Below, in pieces: positions 59,494 to 64,000 of a stretch of 64,000 nucleotides of DNA. Within the stretch, counting starts at the first letter, position 1. Every line of letters starts with the position of its first letter. A program made the translations under genes and the position numbers. This DNA is from a virus. Below the pieces are notes generated by a model. It worked only from the letters and a program-made list of their open reading frames with translations. It searched no databases and was not told the origin of the DNA. The stretch covers positions 25,551-89,550 of the IMG/VR virus record IMGVR_UViG_3300010885_049871. The stretch is one strand, 5' to 3'.

Positions 59494-59569
59494 TGGTAGG
59501 ACCACCCGGACTCGAACCGGGAATTGGCAGATTAAAAGTCTGCTGTGATAACCATTTCACTATGATCCC
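59494..59569 (-). tRNA. tRNA-Lys(UUU)
   Basis: GCAGA-CTTTTAA-TCTGC; CCA. Confidence 0.94.
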
Positions 59570-59631
59570 ATTGTCAGTCGTGAATTGTCTTTCAAGTGCC
59601 AATCCAGACCGACATGGGATCTGGGTTGACA

Positions 59632-59655
59632 CTACATTTTAGCTGTTTGCTTCAT
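59632..59655 (-). CDS. Mini-ORF MKQTAKM (putative leader peptide)
   Basis: SD AGAGGT, ATG 59655, TAG 59632; between a promoter and tRNA-Lys. Confidence 0.45.
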   Translation of the reverse strand: MKQTAKM

Positions 59656-59681
59656 ATAGTACCTCTTTGGTTTAAGTTTTG

Positions 59682-59710
59682 ATTGTACAACAATTTCAGA
59701 ATGTTGTCAA
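59682..59710 (-). promoter_or_regulatory. Sigma70-type promoter for the Lys-Pro tRNA block
   Basis: TTGACA-17 nt-TACAAT. Confidence 0.75.
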
Positions 59711-59720
59711 CTGTTTTTTT

Positions 59721-59794
59721 TGGTGCCCCACGACAGAATCGAACTGCCATCACAGGATTACAAAACCAGTGTACTGCCATTGTACTAGTAGGGC
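59721..59794 (-). tRNA. tRNA-Thr(UGU)
   Basis: Loop TTTGTAA; anticodon stem has two U-U mismatches; CCA. Confidence 0.85.
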
Positions 59795-59801
59795 TAAAAA
59801 T

Positions 59802-59877
59802 TGGCTCCTCAGGTACGGATCGAACGTACGACATCTTCATTAACAGTGAAGCGCAACTACCGCTGTGCTACTGAGGA
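59802..59877 (-). tRNA. tRNA-Asn(GUU)
   Basis: CTTCA-CTGTTAA-TGAAG; G73-CCA. Confidence 0.94.
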
Positions 59878-59885
59878 ATAAAACT

Positions 59886-59973
59886 TGGCGGAATGACTCG
59901 GACTCGAACCGAGAAGCCGTTTAACCGACCGACGGCTTAGCAAGCCGCTCCAATACCATTATGGGACCATTCC
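59886..59973 (-). tRNA. tRNA-Ser(GCU)
   Basis: GCGGC-TTGCTAA-GCCGT; long variable arm; G73-CCA. Confidence 0.93.
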
Positions 59974-59989
59974 AAAAACTAACATTGCT

Positions 59990-60018
59990 ATTATATAACA
60001 GTTGACCAACAGTGTCAA
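59990..60018 (-). promoter_or_regulatory. Consensus sigma70 promoter for the Ser-Asn-Thr tRNAs
   Basis: TTGACA-17 nt-TATAAT. Confidence 0.85.
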
Positions 60019-61157
60019 CTGATATTCGCCTGCGGAAACACCGCTAGGTAATTGGTGCCTCTAATGTCGTCCAGTAGGTCAATGTAGTCTTTAAACTTGC
60101 GATACAACTCAGCATCATAACCAGCAGAGTCAATCATGCCTACAATCAATGATCTCTGGCTGTGGTCAATGTCAGTGCTGGACTCTGCCCAGGACTTAAA
60201 CGGCACCAGATGATCTACCGGCACTGAGTGCAAGCTCAAATGCGGATATCCAGATATTGTGGTAATATGCACACGCAGGCTCTGCAGTTTTGCAAATGCC
60301 ATCAGGTCCGGCAGCGCATACGCACTGGTGTGTTGCAGCACATGATTGACGGTTAGTCTTGCCTGTGGCAATTGTTGTTTGAGCAGTTGAATATTTGATT
60401 CAATATCACTCCACCGACTTGGATGTCTGACATAATCATTCATTGCACCGGTACCTTCTAGGCTGATACAGATCTCTATGTCTTTAAATTTTTGCAATGT
60501 AGTCAACAGTTTATTACCAACTTCGGTTAGATTAGTGTTAAAGCTCACAACAACATCGTTGCATCGAGGCATCAACATTTGTAAGAAGTTGACCACTTCA
60601 GGAATGATAAACGGTTCACCACCTGTGATGTTTACTCTACGAACATCGGTTGTCAGCACAGTCTGTGCAAACTGTTTGAATTCTTCATCTTTCCAGTAGT
60701 ACGGCATGTCGCCCACTGCGTTCTGAGCACCAATTTTTACAAAACGATCGTGATATTTGACACGTTCTGCGGCAATACTAGAACTTGATGCTGGGCCACA
60801 CATGATGCATTTGAGATTGCAAAAATTGCCTAGTCTTAGTTCTAAATCATAGATTGGATTGTCTGCACTGACGGCTGTGACATCCGAAGGATACCATTTA
60901 TTTTGGTGTTGTCTTAGACTAGTCCAGCCATGTTGTTCTTCTCTATAGCATTTAACACATCCTGCATGCGGTCGGCCAGCAGCCGCATCTGCTTGCATCT
61001 TTGTAGGTATATCTGCTAGATACTGATCAAACTTGGTGTAATGATGTTTAGTTTTTATTTTAAAATCTTGGTCATACTGACAACATGGCTCAATTGTGCC
61101 GTTGGCATTTACACAAATACTATGATAAGCGGCCTGACAGCTGGTCGAAGTTGACAT
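60015..61157 (-). CDS. N-terminal twitch-domain radical SAM protein inside the tRNA array
   Basis: CQAAY..PCC..CVKC; core CNLKCIMC; GGEP. Confidence 0.85.
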   Translation of the reverse strand: MSTSTSCQAAYHSICVNANGTIEPCCQYDQDFKIKTKHHYTKFDQYLADIPTKMQADAAAGRPHAGCVKCYREEQHGWTSLRQHQNKWYPSDVTAVSADNPIYDLELRLGNFCNLKCIMCGPASSSSIAAERVKYHDRFVKIGAQNAVGDMPYYWKDEEFKQFAQTVLTTDVRRVNITGGEPFIIPEVVNFLQMLMPRCNDVVVSFNTNLTEVGNKLLTTLQKFKDIEICISLEGTGAMNDYVRHPSRWSDIESNIQLLKQQLPQARLTVNHVLQHTSAYALPDLMAFAKLQSLRVHITTISGYPHLSLHSVPVDHLVPFKSWAESSTDIDHSQRSLIVGMIDSAGYDAELYRKFKDYIDLLDDIRGTNYLAVFPQANIS

Positions 61158-61216
61158 CTACGATTTCTTTCAATTTATAAAAATATTTAGCAATTGACAC
61201 AGTGTTAACATATATT

Positions 61217-61290
61217 TGGTACCATGTACAGGTAACGATCCTGTGTCTATCGGTTATCAGCCGATTGCTCTACCTTTGAGCTAACGTGGT
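61217..61290 (-). tRNA. tRNA-Ile(GAU)
   Basis: ATCGG-CTGATAA-CCGAT; atypical T-loop ATCGTTA; CCA. Confidence 0.85.
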
Positions 61291-61297
61291 ATTTGTA

Positions 61298-61371
61298 TGG
61301 CAGAGGGTACTGGGATCGAACCAGTGATGACAGAGTCAAAGTCTGTAGTGTTACCGCTACACTAACCCCCA
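61298..61371 (-). tRNA. tRNA-Gln(UUG)
   Basis: ACAGA-CTTTGAC-TCTGT; G73-CCA. Confidence 0.92.
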
Positions 61372-61379
61372 ATAAAACT

Positions 61380-61453
61380 TGGTGGAGGATGAGAGAATCG
61401 AACTCTCATAAACAGCTTGCAAAGCTGCCGTAATCCCATTATACTAATCCCCC
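61380..61453 (-). tRNA. tRNA-Ala(UGC)
   Basis: GCAGC-TTTGCAA-GCTGT; G3:U70; CCA. Confidence 0.93.
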
Positions 61454-61460
61454 GTTATCT

Positions 61461-61537
61461 TGGCCGGCCCTGAGAGACTCGAACTCCCAACCTCTGGTTT
61501 CGAAGACCAGCACTCTAATCCATTGAGTTAAGGACCG
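61461..61537 (-). tRNA. tRNA-Arg(UCG)
   Basis: CTGGT-CTTCGAA-ACCAG; CCA. Confidence 0.92.
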
Positions 61538-61542
61538 ATATT

Positions 61543-61616
61543 TGGCGTACCCACTAGGACTCGAACCTAGACTGACGGTTTTGGAGACCGCAATGCTGCC
61601 ATTACACTATGGATAC
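61543..61616 (-). tRNA. tRNA-Trp(CCA)
   Basis: GCGGT-CTCCAAA-ACCGT; G73-CCA. Confidence 0.92.
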
Positions 61617-61661
61617 ATTCTAAAAAAATTCAATACAAAATTGCCAATAAGTACTGTCGAC

Positions 61662-62354
61662 ATGAAAAACTTTTTCTTATATCAACTTGCTCATCAAAGA
61701 CATCCAGAATATCAGCCATTGACTTCGGTGTTGCCGATACAAAATGTTAAGAATTCAATGGCAAAAAGTTTAAAAGTGCTATCAAAAGTTTCATACAACA
61801 ATGACCATGCCTTCCAGGCGTTTTCGGTCAATAGCAAATACTTTGAATTAATGGCTGAAAATCCAAAAACATTCAATGTAGATACGATACCATTGGCAAC
61901 ACTGAGACAATGGGTGTACGATCCAGAATTTGATGAATTATTAACAAAAAATTCTCATATGGAAGTAAACTTGCAAGGTGCAATTCTAAAGTTCGTTGTG
62001 TCTGAATTTTTAAACGCAATTGGAGTAGATACAACCCAAGTGTCTACCAGTCGAGCAAAATTAAACATACAAGAACCCGGTCAAATGTTTCCTTTGCACT
62101 TTGACCGAGTTCGGCACAATGATTACGATAATGCTGAAAAACAACTGGTATCCGACCCGTCACATGATAGATTTTTAATTTTTTTAGAAGATCAGCAACC
62201 GGGACAAATGTTCCAATTTGATATGTGCAATATAACCTGGTCTCAAGGAGACGTGTATACTTGGAATGCTCGAGACACCATGCATGCATCAGCAAATGCA
62301 GGATATTGGACTAGAAGACTTCTGTTGATTGATGTTGGTAAAACATCATGCTGA
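61662..62354 (+). CDS. 2OG-Fe(II) oxygenase-like protein
   Basis: Q.PGQMFPLHFD ... MHASAN.G..R; start at MKNFF. Confidence 0.65.
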   Translation: MKNFFLYQLAHQRHPEYQPLTSVLPIQNVKNSMAKSLKVLSKVSYNNDHAFQAFSVNSKYFELMAENPKTFNVDTIPLATLRQWVYDPEFDELLTKNSHMEVNLQGAILKFVVSEFLNAIGVDTTQVSTSRAKLNIQEPGQMFPLHFDRVRHNDYDNAEKQLVSDPSHDRFLIFLEDQQPGQMFQFDMCNITWSQGDVYTWNARDTMHASANAGYWTRRLLLIDVGKTSC

Positions 62355-62404
62355 ATTTGTCAACATTCTAATGCACATCGAGTTTGCCCCTAAATAAATA
62401 CTGG

Positions 62405-63013
62405 ATGAAACTAGAATTTACTCCAGTGACTGATATTTTGTATACCGTCAATTATGATGACAAAACAATATTGGATCAAATATTTTTACAATTGCCCACA
62501 GCACCATGGCTATTTTGGCCGCCAGCAGATGGAAATGCAAAAAATGCTATAGATATTATTGACGTCGCTGACACCCACCTGTTGTCAGCAGAAATGCAAA
62601 CTTTTGAATCTTGGGTACACAGTGAAGATTTTAAACAACAGATATTGAACTTGTTGTTTGCAAACTCAGAATTTATGGATATATGGGGACAACCACAGCG
62701 TGAACTGTTTGATGCAGTGACCCGAGTCAGTGCTGGATGGGTTCGTACTCCGCCCAACTGTGCCAATTATTCCTGGCATCTTGATTGTCGTAGCCAAGTG
62801 GCACTTGGCATGATTTATTTTATACAAGGCGATGATCCCGGACAAAGTACCTACTTTGATACTGTTCCCAACACAACACATCAACGTATCCCTACCGGAT
62901 TGGGTCGGGGTTGGTTTGTAATAAACCATCACCGCGCCCGGCATTGTGCAATGAATGATACTGATCAACACAGACACTGTTTAAAATTTACACTAAACTT
63001 GAACGTTTTATAA
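62405..63013 (+). CDS. 2OG-Fe(II) oxygenase-like protein
   Basis: WHLD ... RHCAMN...R; similar to 26790-27338; ATAAATA 4 nt before the ATG. Confidence 0.6.
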   Translation: MKLEFTPVTDILYTVNYDDKTILDQIFLQLPTAPWLFWPPADGNAKNAIDIIDVADTHLLSAEMQTFESWVHSEDFKQQILNLLFANSEFMDIWGQPQRELFDAVTRVSAGWVRTPPNCANYSWHLDCRSQVALGMIYFIQGDDPGQSTYFDTVPNTTHQRIPTGLGRGWFVINHHRARHCAMNDTDQHRHCLKFTLNLNVL

Positions 63014-63092
63014 TCTTCTGCACCTGCATCTATACATTTTAAAACACGCCATCTGCGGTATCGCAACCCAGGCCAGCTTGGTATGTTTTAGA

Positions 63093-63235
63093 ATGCAGTG
63101 TGTTGCCACACCACATGACGGGGTTGATACCCCGCCCAGGAGTCTTACTAGAATGTTGTCGCCACTCGTTCATGTGTCCTGTCCGCCCGTTTGCCTGTTT
63201 TATTGTGCTGGCCGAATCCTCGTTACTCATTGCAC
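63093..63235 (-). ncRNA. Candidate ~140-nt structured ncRNA of unknown family
   Basis: CACATGA/TCATGTG stem, GCGGGG/CCCCGT hairpin, GTGTG-GCAA-CACAC hairpin, possible CAGGA/TCCTG pseudoknot. Confidence 0.5.
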
Positions 63236-63237
63236 AT

Positions 63238-63274
63238 AAAGAAAAACCCTGGAGTTTTTAGTTCCAGGGTCTTT
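63238..63274 (-). terminator. Intrinsic terminator (attenuator 3:4 hairpin)
   Basis: GACCCTGGA-ACTAAAAAC-TCCAGGGT-TTTTCTTT. Confidence 0.8.
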
Positions 63275-63295
63275 GAAGTTTGTCGGTTACTGCTG

Positions 63296-63427
63296 TTATG
63301 CGCAACTGCTGCCTTCTCGGACCCTGTGATTTGCTGTAATATTCTTGCCACGGCCAAAACCGCGTGACCACGGCTGAGCCAGGGTCGTTACGCGATGCAT
63401 GGGGCTAAAAATATTGGTGTTCATCAT
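63296..63427 (-). CDS. 43-aa putative leader peptide
   Basis: MMNTNIFSPMHRVTTLAQPWSRGFGRGKNITANHRVREGSSCA*; directly after a promoter; contains both alternative pairing segments. Confidence 0.55.
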   Translation of the reverse strand: MMNTNIFSPMHRVTTLAQPWSRGFGRGKNITANHRVREGSSCA

Positions 63428-63434
63428 AAGTCCT

Positions 63435-63463
63435 ATTGTATGTTATTTATCATTCAGTGTCAA
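63435..63463 (-). promoter_or_regulatory. Sigma70 promoter with embedded ATAAATA late-type motif
   Basis: TTGACA-17 nt-TACAAT; ATAAATA at 63450-63444. Confidence 0.8.
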
Positions 63464-63481
63464 CCACTGACGATTTGTTAT

Positions 63482-63555
63482 TGGTTGCGGGTGACAGATT
63501 TGAACTGCCGATGCTCCTGGCTTATGAGACCGGAGTGGTGACCACCCTACCCGCG
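63482..63555 (-). tRNA. Atypical initiator-like tRNA-Met(CAU) with minimal D-arm
   Basis: C1:A72 mismatch; loop CTCATAA; D-arm GGTG-GT-CACC; CCA. Confidence 0.7.
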
Positions 63556-63597
63556 AAATTATTTATCTATATCAAACTGCACTGCTGAGATTTAACC

Positions 63598-63689
63598 TGG
63601 TACCAGCGGAGGGAATTGAACCCTCTCAAGAACGCTAATCTGGCGCTAAAAGGTCTATAAGGCCTCTCTGACTTCCAAGTCTCGCTGGC
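63598..63689 (-). tRNA. Atypical tRNA with UAU anticodon, short D-arm and long variable arm
   Basis: GCCAGCG/CGCTGGT-A-CCA; loop CTTATAG; V-arm AGCGC/GCGTT; T-arm GAGGG-TTCAATT-CCCTC. Confidence 0.7.
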
Positions 63690-63697
63690 ATATTGAA

Positions 63698-63917
63698 TTT
63701 GTTAGAGTAGCAGCACCACGTTATTGCTGCCATTCACCCGAATTAACAAGCTCGAGCGGGAGTCGGTAAGTTACTTGGGATACCGGTCCAGTTTAGTCGC
63801 CTCAATGGACCCCTGCAGTTCCCCGCAGGGTGGGTGTCGAACCCATGACCTTCTACTGTTTTGGTCCTTCGAAGAAACCTAGACAGCGTGACTTTCTCTT
63901 GCTAACACTCTAACAAA
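63698..63917 (-). ncRNA. Candidate ~220-nt multibranch ncRNA
   Basis: Closing stem TTTGTTAGAGT/ACTCTAACAAA; six or more internal hairpins including T-arm-like TGGGTTCGACACCCA. Confidence 0.6.
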
Positions 63918-64000
63918 ACTAATCAAGAGCTTGTAGACCAAACTACAATTTACCGGTTTCTAGACGAACTCTTAAACTTGGTGGTTAGTGCTGTTGCGAC

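Noticed and set aside
58889-59874. ORFs of 60-73 aa in the track
   Set aside because: They overlap clear tRNA genes.
61542-61661. Upstream extension of ORF 61542-62354
   Set aside because: It lies antisense to tRNA-Trp; the ATG at 61662 is the more plausible start.
63185-63200. c-di-GMP-I riboswitch suggested by GGCAAAC
   Set aside because: The GAAA-loop and GCAAAG elements are missing and there is no downstream regulated CDS.
63039-63230. 63-aa minus-strand ORF
   Set aside because: No SD, and it spans two structured elements, so the ncRNA reading is preferred. Not fully excluded.
63698-63917. RNase P RNA suggested by GAGAAAGTC
   Set aside because: No matching 3' P4 strand was found and the 5' consensus is incomplete.
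1-64000. CRISPR array or diversity-generating retroelement
   Set aside because: I saw no regularly spaced direct repeats, cas genes, reverse transcriptase or TR/VR pair.
1-64000. Stop-codon reassignment, as in some large phages
   Set aside because: Long genes are intact under code 11, coding density is high and no suppressor tRNA is present.
63925-64000. Small AAGAG/CTCTT-closed element and a possible further CCA-ending RNA at ~63979-64000
   Set aside because: Too short or truncated by the window edge to support a call.

Overview
64 kb segment of a large lytic dsDNA tailed-phage (jumbo-phage-like) genome, standard genetic code. The betaproteobacterial-type porin and TctC/Bug-like protein suggest a Gram-negative host (inference). 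Layout: (1) 1-9.8 kb, virion baseplate/tail-fibre genes. (2) ~10-43.5 kb, a very large glycan-tailoring block with GT-like proteins, 8 radical SAM enzymes, carbamoyltransferase, amidinotransferase, DegT aminotransferase, epimerases, FkbM methyltransferase, a PBP7-like peptidase and thyX. (3) 43.5-52 kb, small early-type genes, a vWA/MoxR-AAA pair and a B12-radical SAM cassette. (4) 52-58 kb, TctA/TctC transporter, porin and an Ala/Lys/Pro-rich protein. (5) 58-64 kb, a minus-strand RNA island with 17 tRNA genes. The RNA island is the most striking part. It holds a circularly permuted (two-piece) tmRNA with a 29-aa tag, a leader-peptide attenuator-like element (1:2, 2:3, 3:4 pairings) upstream of the tRNA/ncRNA array, a second mini-ORF leader, two structurally odd tRNAs and at least two unassigned structured ncRNA candidates. 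All calls were made by eye from motifs; no database search or folding program was run.
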